Source of the DNA: an uncultured delta proteobacterium
GTDB taxonomy: Bacteria; Myxococcota_A; Polyangia; Polyangiales; Polyangiaceae
Assembly: GCA_963850305.1 (NCBI GenBank)
Contig: CAWKKR010000008.1
Location: forward strand, 448,001-512,000
Length of the DNA stretch: 64,000 nucleotides
Direction: 5' to 3'
Below are positions 1 through 10,445 of the stretch, piece after piece; the stretch's first letter is position 1, and each line of letters opens with the position of its first letter. Position numbers and translations under genes: made by a program. Below the pieces are notes generated by a model, which was not told the origin of the DNA, did no database searches, and saw nothing but the letters and a program-made list of their open reading frames with translations.

Positions 1-327
1 GCTCGGCATTTCGAGATGCGGACCGAACGCGTCCAGAGCTTCGCCGGCTAGCTCCACCGCGACGAGAACGCCGACGGCCCAGGCGATGCCGATGAAGACG
101 CCGGCGACCGAGCGCCGGGTGCGGAAGAAGTGGAACGGGAGACAGAAGGGGCCGAACACGCCGACGGCGCTCCAGAAGCTCGCCTTGTTCCACGCCCGGG
201 CGAGGCGTTCGGGCGGCGCACTGCGGAGGTCGCGACGGACGATCCAGATGGTCAGGACGACCGCGAGGGCCATCTGGAGCACGAACTCCGCGATGAACCA
301 GACCGCTGCCTCGGTGAGGTCGTTCAT
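1..327 (-). CDS. Small hypothetical membrane protein, partial (runs off window start)
   Basis: Read manually: ATG at 327, MNDLTEAAVWFIAEFVLQMALAVVLTIWIVRRD...AWAVGVLVAVELAGE; open to position 1, hydrophobic segments, GC3-rich codons. Confidence 0.65.
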   Translation of the reverse strand, partial: MNDLTEAAVWFIAEFVLQMALAVVLTIWIVRRDLRSAPPERLARAWNKASFWSAVGVFGPFCLPFHFFRTRRSVAGVFIGIAWAVGVLVAVELAGEALDAFGPHLEMPS

Positions 328-495
328 GCGAGGAAAAGGGGCGTCTTTTCGGCCGCCCAGGCTCTGTTGCGCCCGGGCCGCGCATTAAAGTGCGCCCACC
401 CTCTCTTTTTGCAGGAATAAGTGCGCGGTCGCGATTGTCTTTGTCCGGCGGCCAGGGCTATAGGCCGGGCACCCTTTTTTGGAGACAAGAGCACG

Positions 496-1482
496 ATGCA
501 AGACGTCCGCGCATTGAACGAGCTCGTCGCGAAGGAGAGCGCGTTCATCGACGACCTGTTCGCAGAGATTGGCAAAGTCGTCGTGGGCCAATCGTACATG
601 ATCGAGCGTATCTTGATCGGCCTTCTGACGGGCGGCCACGTGCTGCTCGAAGGGGTGCCGGGGCTCGCCAAGACGCTCACCGTGCGCACGACCTGCGACG
701 CGATCCACGCGAAGTTCGCACGGGTCCAGTTCACACCGGACTTGCTGCCCGCGGATCTCATCGGCACCGTCATCTATAACCAGCGAACGGGGGACTTCAC
801 TTCCAAGCTCGGGCCGATTTTCGCCAATCTCATCCTCGCGGACGAGATCAATCGCGCCCCGGCCAAGGTCCAGAGCGCGCTGCTCGAGGCGATGCAGGAG
901 CGTCAGGTGACGATCGGGGACACGACGTATCCGCTGCCGGACCCTTTCATCGTGCTCGCGACGCAGAATCCGATCGAGCAGGAAGGGACGTATCCGCTGC
1001 CCGAAGCGCAGCTCGACCGGTTCATGCTGATGATCAAGGTCGGCTATCCGACGCGGGACGAAGAACGCCAGATCATGGACCGGATGACGAGCGTGGTGAC
1101 GGCCCGCGCGCAGCAGCGAACCGTGGACGGCCAGCTCCTCGAGGCGCGCAAGGTCGTGCGGGACGTCTACACGGACGATCGCGTGAAGGACTACATCGTG
1201 GACATCGTGTTCGCGACACGCGAACCGTCGCAGCGCGGGCTCAAGGACCTCGGGCCGCTCATCGAGTTCGGTGCGAGCCCGCGCGCGAGCATTGCCTTGA
1301 ACCTCGCCGCACGCGCTCACGCGTTCCTGAAGCACCGCGGCTACGTGACGCCGGAAGACGTCAAGGCCGTCGGCCCGGACGTGCTGCGGCACCGCCTCGT
1401 GCTCTCGTACGAAGCCGAGGCCGAGAACGTGACGGCCGAGGACGTCGTGCGAAGAGTCTTCGAAGTCGTCGAAGTGCCGTGA
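496..1482 (+). CDS. moxR: MoxR-family AAA+ ATPase
   Basis: HVLLEGVPGLAKT Walker A, RVQFTPDLLPAD, LADEINRAPAKVQSALLEAMQE, ATQNPIEQEGTYPLPEAQLDRF; ATG at 496 after GGAG. Confidence 0.95.
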   Translation: MQDVRALNELVAKESAFIDDLFAEIGKVVVGQSYMIERILIGLLTGGHVLLEGVPGLAKTLTVRTTCDAIHAKFARVQFTPDLLPADLIGTVIYNQRTGDFTSKLGPIFANLILADEINRAPAKVQSALLEAMQERQVTIGDTTYPLPDPFIVLATQNPIEQEGTYPLPEAQLDRFMLMIKVGYPTRDEERQIMDRMTSVVTARAQQRTVDGQLLEARKVVRDVYTDDRVKDYIVDIVFATREPSQRGLKDLGPLIEFGASPRASIALNLAARAHAFLKHRGYVTPEDVKAVGPDVLRHRLVLSYEAEAENVTAEDVVRRVFEVVEVP

Positions 1483-1510
1483 AATGCAGTCGCTCTAACC
1501 GAGAATTCCC

Positions 1511-2392
1511 GTGATCCCCCGCGAGCTGCTCAAGGCCCTGCGCAAGATCGAGATCACGACGAACCGGCTCGCGACCGAGCAGCTCTCCGGGAGCTACACG
1601 TCCGTCTTCCGGGGTCAGGGGCTCGCGTTCCGCGAAGTGCGAAAGTATCAGCCGGGGGACGACGTCCGGACGATCGACTGGAACGTGAGCGCGCGCATGG
1701 ACGACACCTACGTGAAGGTGTTCGTCGAGGAGCGCGAGATGACGGTGATGCTCGTCGTGGACGCGTCCGCGAGCAATCAGTTCGGCACGCGCGTGGCGTC
1801 GAAGGCGCGCGTGGCCGCGGAGGTGGGCGCGCTCTGCGCGTTCAGCGCGATCAAGCACAACGACCGCGTGGGGCTGATCCTCGCGACGGATTGCATCGAG
1901 AACATCGTGCCGCCCAAGAAGGGGCAGAAGCACGTCATGCGCGTGATCCGGGAGATCCTCGGTGCCGAGCCGGAGCACAAGGGGACGGATCTCGGGCTGG
2001 CGTTCGAGACGCTGTACCGGGTGGCGCGTCGGCGCAGCGTCGCGTTCGTCCTGTCGGATTTCTTCGCGGCGAACTACGAGCGCGCGCTGTCGCTCGCGTC
2101 CGCGCGGCACGACGTGATCCCGCTGATGCTGGTGGATCCGCGTGACGAAGAGCTGCCCGACGTCGGCATCACGACGTTCGAGGATTTCGAGACGGGCGAG
2201 AGCGTCGTGGTGGATACGTCGAGCCCGGGCGTGCGCGCACATTACAAGCGGGCGATGCGCGATCTGCGAGCAGGGAATCTGAGGACGTTCAAGAAGCTCG
2301 GCCTCGATCATTGCATCATCCGCACCGACAAGCCCTTCGTCGATCCGCTACGGCAGCTCTTCGCGCGGCGCGCGCGGAGGATCCGGAGATGA
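1511..2392 (+). CDS. DUF58 domain protein (MoxR-associated)
   Basis: FRGQGLAFREVRKYQPGDDVRTIDWNVSAR, VKVFVEERE motifs; follows moxR. Confidence 0.92.
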   Translation: MIPRELLKALRKIEITTNRLATEQLSGSYTSVFRGQGLAFREVRKYQPGDDVRTIDWNVSARMDDTYVKVFVEEREMTVMLVVDASASNQFGTRVASKARVAAEVGALCAFSAIKHNDRVGLILATDCIENIVPPKKGQKHVMRVIREILGAEPEHKGTDLGLAFETLYRVARRRSVAFVLSDFFAANYERALSLASARHDVIPLMLVDPRDEELPDVGITTFEDFETGESVVVDTSSPGVRAHYKRAMRDLRAGNLRTFKKLGLDHCIIRTDKPFVDPLRQLFARRARRIRR

Positions 2393-3507
2393 AATGGCCG
2401 GGATGGGCCCTGCTCGGCGCCGTGCTGTACGCGGCGTCCGTGCGGGCGGCGGTGCCCATCCCGGGCGCGCCACCGCTCGTCGCCGCGTCCGCCGAGCCGC
2501 CGGAGGAGACGGCGACGTGCAGGGAGTCGTTCCCGCCGGGAAGCACACGGCCCGCCTTGAAGGAGACGTTCCCGTCGCACGGAAAGACGGGCTACGCGCT
2601 CGTCCTCGACGTGGTGATCGATCACGGCAAAGGCGAGACGGTGCTCCCGAGCGGTCTCGGCGGCTCGTCGGCAGGAGATGCGACGCGTGCGCTCGAAGCG
2701 GCAGGGTTTTATCTGCCGAGCCCGAAGGGCGACGGCGCGCCGACGCTCGAAACCAAGGTGACGGCTGACCGCGCCGTGAGCCACCTGACCATCCCGGTAG
2801 TCGCTCTGCCGAAGAAGCCCGGGCGGCGCGAGCTCACGTTGCCGCCACTCCCGATCGCGATGTCGCGAGCGAGCGGCGAGGTTCGAACGCTCTGCACGGC
2901 GCCGCACACGGTGACGCTCGAAGATCCGATCGCGAATACCCCCGACGCGAAGCCCCGCGGCAATCCGAAGCCGCTACGTCAGCTCGAGGAATGGACGGCG
3001 GCCAAGCACGCCGCGATCGGCGCGCTCGCGGCACTCGCCGCTCTCCTCCTCGGAATGTGGCTGGTCCGACTGTGGAATCGGCGTCCGAAGCCGGTGCCGG
3101 CCCCGACGCCCCCGCGACCGCCCTGGGACGTCGCGCTCGAGGAGCTGTTCGACGTTCGCAACGCGCAGCTCGTCGCGCAGGGGCGGTTCGCGGAGCATTT
3201 CGATCGCGTGTCGGACGCGGTCCGGCGTTACCTGGGCGCGCGGTACGGTTACGACGGCCTCGAGACGACGACGCGCGAAGCCGTGGTCGCGCTGAAGCGG
3301 GTCACGCCGAGGATCGGCGTCCTCACGGACGTGGAAGGGTTTCTCGACAACGCGGATCTCGTGAAGTTTGCGAAGCTGACGCCGACCGAGGGCGAGTGTC
3401 ACTCCGCGCTCAGTAGCGCCGAGGAAATCGTGCGGCGAACCATGCCTGCCCCCGTGCTCGCCCCGGGTATCGCACCACTCCCGCGCGACGGAGGAGCGCC
3501 GCAATGA
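2389..3507 (+). CDS. Bat-operon accessory membrane protein (signal peptide, Ig/BatD-like region, TM, helical C-terminus)
   Basis: ATGA overlap with DUF58 stop; TM at AAIGALAALAALLLGMWLV; C-terminal RRYLGARYG...LETTTRE...ADLVKFAK typical of this operon position. Confidence 0.8.
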   Translation: MKWPGWALLGAVLYAASVRAAVPIPGAPPLVAASAEPPEETATCRESFPPGSTRPALKETFPSHGKTGYALVLDVVIDHGKGETVLPSGLGGSSAGDATRALEAAGFYLPSPKGDGAPTLETKVTADRAVSHLTIPVVALPKKPGRRELTLPPLPIAMSRASGEVRTLCTAPHTVTLEDPIANTPDAKPRGNPKPLRQLEEWTAAKHAAIGALAALAALLLGMWLVRLWNRRPKPVPAPTPPRPPWDVALEELFDVRNAQLVAQGRFAEHFDRVSDAVRRYLGARYGYDGLETTTREAVVALKRVTPRIGVLTDVEGFLDNADLVKFAKLTPTEGECHSALSSAEEIVRRTMPAPVLAPGIAPLPRDGGAPQ

Positions 3508-4659
3508 CGTCCAGGTCCGGGACTCGCGCGCTCGTCGCGCTGCTCGCCGCGGTCCTCGCACTCGCCGTCGGGCTCGCGTATCCGGTCTGGGCCAAGGGGA
3601 CTGACTGGCTCAGCGCGAAGTGGGAGCATCCGTACTTTCTCCTAGGGCTTCTGCTCGTGCCCTTCGTGTTCGTCCGGGGCACCGTCGGTGAAGACAGGCG
3701 CCTTCCGCGGCTCCGCATGGGGACGATCTCGGCCTCTCGCCAGAGGGCCCGCCGGCACGCGAGTGTGGCTGCGCGACGTGCCGGGAGCGCTGCGCGCCGT
3801 GGCTCTCGCATTTCTGGTGACCGCCATGGCGCGTCCGGTGAGCAGTCTTCAGCCCGACACGACGGAAGAGGAAGGCATCGACGTCATCCTCGTCCTGGAT
3901 CTCTCCGGCTCGATGGAAGCGGTGTGCAGAAATCTGCCGCCCGACATCGCCCAGCTCGCGCCGCCGAAGCAGCGCGGCCTTCTCCCCACGCGGCTCGATG
4001 CGGCGAAGGCGGTGATTCGCGACTTCATCTCGCGTCGCAAGACGGATCGTATCGGCGTCGTGGTGTTCGGAAAGGCGGCGTACGTCCTGTCGCCGCCGAC
4101 GCTCGATTACCAGCTCCTCGACACGCTCGTGTCCCACATGGAGCTGAATCTCATCGACGGCAGCGCGACGGCGATCGGGGACGCGCTCGGCGTCGCGGTC
4201 GCGAGATTGCGCAGGAGCCACGCATCGAGCAAGGCGATCGTGCTCCTGACGGACGGCGACAACAATGCCGGTCGCATATCGCCGGAGTACGCGACGCACC
4301 TCGCGAGCGTCGTCGGCGCCAAGGTGTACACGGTGCAGATAGGTTCGGGTGAGACGTCCGAGGCCCTCGATGGGTTCGACCTGTTCGGACAGCCGCACTA
4401 CGTCACGAAGAGCTACCCGACGAACCCGGCGCTCCTGAAGAAGATCGCGACGCAGACTGGCGGGCGTGCGTACATCGCGACGGACGCGCGTGCGCTCCAG
4501 GCGAGCCTCCACGACGTCCTGAACCAGCTCGAGAAGACGAAGTTCGAGTCCGCCATCGCGACGTTCGAAGATCTCTACCGATACCTGCTCTTGCCCGGGG
4601 TGCTCATGATCGCCCTGGAAGCGCTGCTCCGGACCTTCGTGCTGCGGAGGTTCCCGTGA
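3504..4659 (+). pseudogene. batA: BatA-like VWA membrane protein, one +1 frameshift at ~3735
   Basis: N-terminus (WEHPYFLLGLL) in ORF 3504; VWA (LVLDLSGSM, TRLDAAK, LLTDGDNNAG) in ORF 3688; removing T3735 joins them as ...GTISALARGPAG... Confidence 0.85.
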
Positions 4660-6656
4660 GGTTCTCGCATCCGTGGTGGCTCGCGGGCGGCCTGCTCGGC
4701 GTGCTGATCGGCGTGGCGCTCATCCTGGGGGCGTGGCTGCTCACGCGGTCAGTGCGGCGTTTCGGAGACGAGCCGCGCGTGCTCGCACTCCTCACGGACA
4801 GACCCGCCGGGCGGCGGACCCTGAAGGGCGTGCTCCTCGTGCTCGGGCGTCGCGATCGGGTTCGTCGCGCTCGCGCAGCCTCAATACGGTCGCGGCACGC
4901 GACTCATCCCCGCGACGAACCTCGACGTCATCATCGTGCTCGATTACTCGAAGAGCATGTACGCGCGCGACGTCACTCCGTCGCGCACGGAGCGCGCCAA
5001 GACCGAGGTCGGCCAGTTGATCGAGGATCTCCCCGGTGCACGGTTCGGCGCAGTGGCGTTCGCGGGGGAACCCCTGAGCTTCCCGCTGACGAGCGACGGC
5101 GGAGCGATTGCGCAATTCTTCCGGCAGATGACGCCGTCGGACATGCCGGTGGGTGGAACGGCGATCGGGCGCGCTCTCGAGCTTGGCCTCGATTTGCTCC
5201 GGCGCGATCCGGTCTCGATCGCGCCACCGTCGCGTGATGGTGCTCGTCACCGACGGCGAGGACCTCGAGGGTGACCCGACCACCGTCGCCGAGGCGGCGG
5301 CGAAAGAGCACGTCACGATCGACGTCGTGCAGATCGGCGGTCGAACGCCGGAACCGATCCCCGACGTCGACGAGAACGGGAACAGCCACGGCTGGCGAAA
5401 GGACGAAAACGGACAGCCCCTCACCACGTCCCTCAGCGCGGCAGGCGAGGAACAGCTCGACGAAGATCGCGCAGATCACGGGAGGTAACATCGTCCGTAG
5501 CCAGCACGGGTCCACGGGCATCACCGAGATCGCCACGGCGATGAAGCGGATGATGACCGAGGAACTCTCGGAGCGCGTGGAGACGGTCTACGCCGACGTG
5601 TACTTCTACCCCACGGCGCTCGCGATCCTCCTTCTTCTGGCCGAGGCGTTCGTTCCGCAAGCGACGCGGCGGAAGGCGACCAGGACCCCAACCTCGCCGC
5701 CGAAGAAGCGGGAAGGGTCGAGGTCGCCGAAGCGACGCAAGGTGACGACGATCGCCGGCGCCGCGCTCGTGCTCTTGACGGCTTCTGGTTGTCGGGGCGG
5801 ATTTTTTACCCGTCATTCCCCCGCGGTCGACGATGCGCTGAAGACCCTCGACGCAGGGGATCCCGCGAAGGCGAGCGAGCTACTCGAGACGTATCTGTCG
5901 ACCGGGCAATGCCAGAAGGGAGAACTCGGAACGCCGGATGCCGTCCGCAGGCAGGGGAACGCGTCGCTCGATCTGGGGCTCACCCTGTTTCGCGTGGCGG
6001 AGAAATTCGGCAAGCGCTTCGGCGACGACACGAAGCCAGCGCCGGGCACGCCTGATCACGGCGACGAGCGGAACGACGAAATCGACTGCGCGCTCCGCGT
6101 CGTGCGCATCGTCGCGACCGACGGTACCTCGCCCATCGACCTTCAGGCGAAGGCCGAATACCTGACCGGCAATCTCGAATTTCTGCGACAAGGGTACGAG
6201 GATGCCGTGTCGGCCTACGACGCCGCGTTGAAGCTGATGCCTGCGCGGACCCAGGACGAAAAGTCGACGGCCGCCGACGCCGCGTGGAACCGGTCGATCG
6301 CGCTCCGGCGGATCGAGGACAAGCAAAAGGAGAAGCCGGACGCGGGCCCGCAGAACCATCCCGACGGCGGCGAACCCCAGGATGCCGGGAAGAAGAAGCA
6401 ACCGGAGCCGTCCCCGGACGCCGGCAACCCGTCCAAGAAGAACGACGACAAGAAGAACGACGACAAGAAGAACAAGCCATCGCCGGAGTCCCGGAAGGAC
6501 CAGCAACCGAAGCAGGCGCCGCAAAAGAAGCCCCAGCCCTCGCTGAGCCAGGACGAGCGTATTCTGGACAACCTGGAGCAGGCGCCCACGGTCCAGCAGG
6601 AAGCCGCCAAGAGAAGCGCGGCGCATGGCAACGCGAGCGGTATGGAGGACAAGTGA
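4656..6656 (+). pseudogene. batB: BatB-like VWA protein fused to BatC-like TPR region, three +1 frameshifts (~4846, ~5218, 5459)
   Basis: Segments in successive frames: MRFSHPWWL.. / ..AQPQYG..VLDYSKSM.. / ..VLVTDGEDLEG.. / ..TKIAQITGG..TPR-like (AEYLTGNLEFLRQGYEDAVSAYDAALKL) with K/D/Q-rich tail. Confidence 0.82.
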
Positions 6657-8584
6657 CGCCGCGACGGCTGACCGCGGCCCTGGCGCTCACCTCCGCGCTG
6701 TTGCCGGGGACGGCGCTCGCCGCCACGTCTCTTCAAACGACGGTGGCCACGCATCAAGCGGAGGTCGGCGAAGGCATTCAGGTCGAACTCAACGCCATGA
6801 GCGACGACCAGTCCCCAGTCAGCCCGCACCTGAAGTTGCCACCCGGCTTCTCCGTTCAGGGCCCGAGCATTTCTTCGTCGCAGCAGATCTCTTTCACGAA
6901 CGGTCAGTTCGAACACCGCCGCGGCATCACCGTCGACTGGATCGTGACGGCGTCGCGACCCGGTCACTACGTCATCGGGCCCGCGACCGTCCAGGTGGGG
7001 GGCAGCGTGATGCAGGGCGAGACGGCGCAGATCGACGTCGTCCCTGCGGGAACGGCTCCGAAGCGCGGCCCTCCGAATCCGTTCGGGCAAGGTAATCCGT
7101 TCGGCCAGGGGAACCCCTTCGATCCGTTCGACATGCTGCAGCGGATGCAGAACCTCCCCGGCAACCTCGACGACTCGCAGCTCTTGAACTCGCCGCCGGA
7201 ACCTCCGGAGGAGTTCACCGTCGAACATGCGCCCGATCCGATGGCGTTCCTGCGCGCGGTGGTGACACCGACGCACGCGGTGGTCGGGCAGCAGGTGACC
7301 TTGACCGTTTATGCCTACGGGGGACGCGGGCCCTACGACGAAATGGGCTCGTCCGAGCCGAGCCGCGCGGATTTCCTCTCGCAGGTCATCGTCGACAGCT
7401 CTTATCGACAGCCTCGCTACATGATTCCGATCGACGGCGCTCGGTGGTTCGCCGTGAAACTGCGCGAGGTGGCCCTGTTTCCGCTGCGCGCGGGCGCGCT
7501 CACCATCGGCCCGATGAAGATGGGGTTCCGTGGGCCCGGATATCCGGAAGCGCGCCAGATGGAGGGCCTCGTGCGACAGAGTCCGGCGTTGCGCGTCGAC
7601 GTTACCGAGCCGCCCGTCGCGGGGCGGCCACCCGGTTACGAACTCGGCGACGTCGGGAGCTACGCCCTTTCGGCGAACGTCGAGCCGAGACGCATCGAAG
7701 CCGGGGACGCGGTTGCCGTGACGATCCGGCTCGAGGGCACCGGGAACGTCCCCGACCACGTCAAGCACACCGAACAGACCGGCGTGGAATGGCTTCCCCC
7801 CACCACGACCGATTCCGTCACACCGAACGACGCCGTCATCGCCGGGTGGCGCCAGTTCCGGTACGTCGTGCGACTGGACCAACCCGGCGTGCACGATCTC
7901 GGCGAGGCGACGCTCCCCTATTTCGATCCACGAACGGAGCGATACGCGGTCGCGCGCGCCAAGCTCGGCATCGTCGAAGTGACGCCCGGCATGGCCGTGT
8001 CGACAGCGCCGTCCGCGTCATCGACCCCCGCATCCATGGGGCCAGGCGATCCGTTCGACGGGCTCGGCGGCGTCCGCAAGAAACTCGGAGCGGTGCCCCC
8101 CGCGGCGCGCCATTTGACGGATGACAGGGGCTTCTGGGCGCTCCTGGCGGGAGGGCCATGCACCGTGCTCGCGCTCGGCGGACTCGCAGAGCTCGCGCGC
8201 GCGCTGCGAAAGCGGATGGCCGCGCGCGCGGGCTCCCGAACGGCCCTCGCCCGACGCGCCCTCGCCGACGCGAAGAGCGCCGCCGACCGACAGGACGCGA
8301 CCTCGGCGGCGGCGGCCATCGAGCGGGCCCTCTACACCGCCATCGAAGAACGCTTCGACCTCCGCGCGCGGGCCCTGCTCCGTCACGAGCTCGCCGGGAC
8401 GCTCGAACGCCATGGCGCCGATGGCGAGCTTGCGAAAGACGTCGTGGACACGCTGAACGGCTGCGACACCGTACGATTCGGGGAAACGCCGGGCCTCGGC
8501 CTTTCCGATCTGCTCGCGCGCGCGACGTCGATCGTCGCCAGGCTCGGGCGCGCGAAAGCAACATCGCGGGAGCATGCCGCGTGA
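6653..8584 (+). CDS. batD: BatD family protein
   Basis: GTGA overlap; signal peptide; GPSISSSQQISFTNG, VVGQQVTLTVY, GDVGSY, LEGTGNV, LPYFDP motifs. Confidence 0.88.
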   Translation: MTPRRLTAALALTSALLPGTALAATSLQTTVATHQAEVGEGIQVELNAMSDDQSPVSPHLKLPPGFSVQGPSISSSQQISFTNGQFEHRRGITVDWIVTASRPGHYVIGPATVQVGGSVMQGETAQIDVVPAGTAPKRGPPNPFGQGNPFGQGNPFDPFDMLQRMQNLPGNLDDSQLLNSPPEPPEEFTVEHAPDPMAFLRAVVTPTHAVVGQQVTLTVYAYGGRGPYDEMGSSEPSRADFLSQVIVDSSYRQPRYMIPIDGARWFAVKLREVALFPLRAGALTIGPMKMGFRGPGYPEARQMEGLVRQSPALRVDVTEPPVAGRPPGYELGDVGSYALSANVEPRRIEAGDAVAVTIRLEGTGNVPDHVKHTEQTGVEWLPPTTTDSVTPNDAVIAGWRQFRYVVRLDQPGVHDLGEATLPYFDPRTERYAVARAKLGIVEVTPGMAVSTAPSASSTPASMGPGDPFDGLGGVRKKLGAVPPAARHLTDDRGFWALLAGGPCTVLALGGLAELARALRKRMAARAGSRTALARRALADAKSAADRQDATSAAAAIERALYTAIEERFDLRARALLRHELAGTLERHGADGELAKDVVDTLNGCDTVRFGETPGLGLSDLLARATSIVARLGRAKATSREHAA

Positions 8585-9402
8585 AGCCGCTCCGCGCACT
8601 CGGCGCAGCGCTACTCATCCTCGCGACGTTGCTGTCGTCGACGAGAGCGAGCGCGGACGACCAGAGCAACGAGGCGCTGTTCGAGGCCGGGGTCGCGGCG
8701 CTCGCTCACGGCTCGTACGACGACGCGATCGATCGGTTCGAGCTCATAGCGGATCGCGGCTTCTCGAACCCGGACGTCAGCTACGATCGGGCGATCGCCT
8801 ACGTGCGCCGCGCCGGATCACACGATGCGCGTCCGGGGGATCTGGGCCGCGCCGCGGCGGCGCTGTCGGAAACGCTGCTCGCGCGGCCGGGTGACGCCGA
8901 CGCGAGCATCGCGCTGGACCGGGTGCGACAGGAGATCGTCCGGCGTCGAGCGCGCGTGGGCGCAACGTCGATCGATCTCAAACCGTCCCTGGGATGGGCC
9001 GTCGTCGACCTGGTCGCCGAGAATACGTGGGCGACGATCGCCATCATTGGCTCCCTGGTCGCATCGGTCGGCATCGCCCTCGGGTGGGCGGTGCGCGGAG
9101 AAGCGGTGCGGCTGGCCGGAGTCGTTGCCACGAGTCTCGGCGCGCTCGCTGCGATGGGTGCAGGCTCGCTGGCGGCCGCTGCGCGCTACGAACGGCTGCA
9201 TCTGCGCCCCGCCGTCGTGGTGGTCGAAGAAGCGCGACTTCTCGACGAAAACGGCGCGACGATTTCCGGACCTGGAACGCGCCTTCCGGAGGGCTCCCAG
9301 GTGAGCATCACGGAGCAACGCGGCACGCTCGCACACGTCGAGTGGGGAACTCTCGACGGCTGGCTATCACTGGGTCAACTGAGACTGCTCGCCCGACCGT
9401 GA
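8581..9402 (+). CDS. batE: BatE-like TPR + TM + SH3-like protein
   Basis: GTGA overlap; TPR (LFEAGVAALAHGSYDDAIDRFE), two TMs, C-terminal LPEGSQV...GWL SH3-like. Confidence 0.8.
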   Translation: MKPLRALGAALLILATLLSSTRASADDQSNEALFEAGVAALAHGSYDDAIDRFELIADRGFSNPDVSYDRAIAYVRRAGSHDARPGDLGRAAAALSETLLARPGDADASIALDRVRQEIVRRRARVGATSIDLKPSLGWAVVDLVAENTWATIAIIGSLVASVGIALGWAVRGEAVRLAGVVATSLGALAAMGAGSLAAAARYERLHLRPAVVVVEEARLLDENGATISGPGTRLPEGSQVSITEQRGTLAHVEWGTLDGWLSLGQLRLLARP

Positions 9403-9412
9403 CGTCAAGCAA

Positions 9413-9719
9413 AGGGGGGTCTTGACCCCCGCGGCTCGCTTCGCGACCGCTCCCCCGCCGCCTTCGGCGCGCTCGTGCTCGCAAGGGGGTCTTGACCCCC
9501 GCGGCTCGCTTCGCGACCGCTCCCCCGCCGCCTTCGGCGCGCTCGTGCTCGCAAGGGGGTCTTGACCCCCGCGGCTCGCTTCGCGACCGCTCCCCCGCCG
9601 CCTTCGGCGCGCTCGTGCTCGCAAGGGGGTCTTGACCCCCGCGGCTCGCTTCGCGACCGCTCCCCCGCCGCCTTCGGCGCGCTCGTGCTCGCAAGGGGGT
9701 CTTGACCCCCGCGGCTCGC
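9413..9719 (+). repeat. Tandem array of a 70-bp palindromic (REP-like) unit, 4 full copies plus a partial fifth
   Basis: Unit aagggggtcttgacccccgcggctcgcttcgcgaccgctcccccgccgccttcggcgcgctcgtgctcgc starts at ~9413, 9483, 9553, 9623, 9693; no spacers. Confidence 0.95.
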
Positions 9720-9771
9720 GTAGTGCAGCGCTCTTTTTTTCGGGGACGACGCGCGCGTCGATGTGAACTAC
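9720..9771 (+). repeat. GTAG...CTAC terminal module of dispersed repeat family (copy 1)
   Basis: GTAGtgcagcgctctttttttcggggacgacgcgcgcgtcgatgtgaaCTAC, aligns with 28077-28134 and 62598-62654. Confidence 0.75.
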
Positions 9772-9835
9772 GAACGCAAGAAATGTAGGGGACCGAATCT
9801 CGAAACTCGGGTGGACGGTTCAGGCGCCGGGATGC

Positions 9836-10429
9836 ATGCTAACTCTCGTGTGGGTCCGAGGTACCGCGATTCGCCCCGTTCCGAGCTATGCCAAAGTGGC
9901 GGAGTCTTCACTCGAGGCCGTTCGGCGAAGCCTCTCGGAGGACGACGAGGCCGTTCGAGGTCAGCTCGACGAGGCGTTCGACCGGTTCGAGCGTGAACAG
10001 CCCGCGCTTGCCGCCCACGTCGGGGACGTGCTCTCCAGCCCGCTCGACGAAACGGCGCTCGCGCTCGGGTATTTTCTCACTCTCGTCGTGTGGATGAGCT
10101 TCGAACGCGCGCACCCGAGCTACGTGGACGAGGTCACGGCGGAATCGATTCAAGCCACGGCGGAGCTGCTCGATCTGGACGAGCAACTCCGCCGCAAGGA
10201 CCCCGCCGAAGCCCTCGACACGGACGACGTCGTGGCGATGGAACAGCCGAGTCTGCTCGAGTTCGTGCACGAGCACCTGGACGCGACCCTGGACGCCCAC
10301 TCGGAGGACGTGGACGTGGACGACGTGCACGCGGTATATCGGCTGGTGCTCGTGGAGATCCTCGCGCTCTCTTACGCCGTTCGCAAACCGACCGGCTACC
10401 CCGTCGCCAAGACGGAAATGCTCGCTTGA
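9836..10429 (+). CDS. Acidic alpha-helical hypothetical protein
   Basis: 197-aa ORF with strong GC3 bias; REQPAL and MEQPSL internal motif; start uncertain. Confidence 0.75.
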   Translation: MLTLVWVRGTAIRPVPSYAKVAESSLEAVRRSLSEDDEAVRGQLDEAFDRFEREQPALAAHVGDVLSSPLDETALALGYFLTLVVWMSFERAHPSYVDEVTAESIQATAELLDLDEQLRRKDPAEALDTDDVVAMEQPSLLEFVHEHLDATLDAHSEDVDVDDVHAVYRLVLVEILALSYAVRKPTGYPVAKTEMLA

Positions 10430-10445
10430 TCGCGCGCGCGCTTCG

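Noticed and set aside
3720..5470. Programmed frameshifting or phase variation in batA/batB
   Set aside because: No slippery heptamers or long homopolymers at the four sites
9308..9694. Minus-strand ORFs over the 70-bp array
   Set aside because: Translations merely cycle through the frames of the repeat
9413..9719. CRISPR array
   Set aside because: Units are identical end to end with no unique spacers, and there are no cas genes in the window
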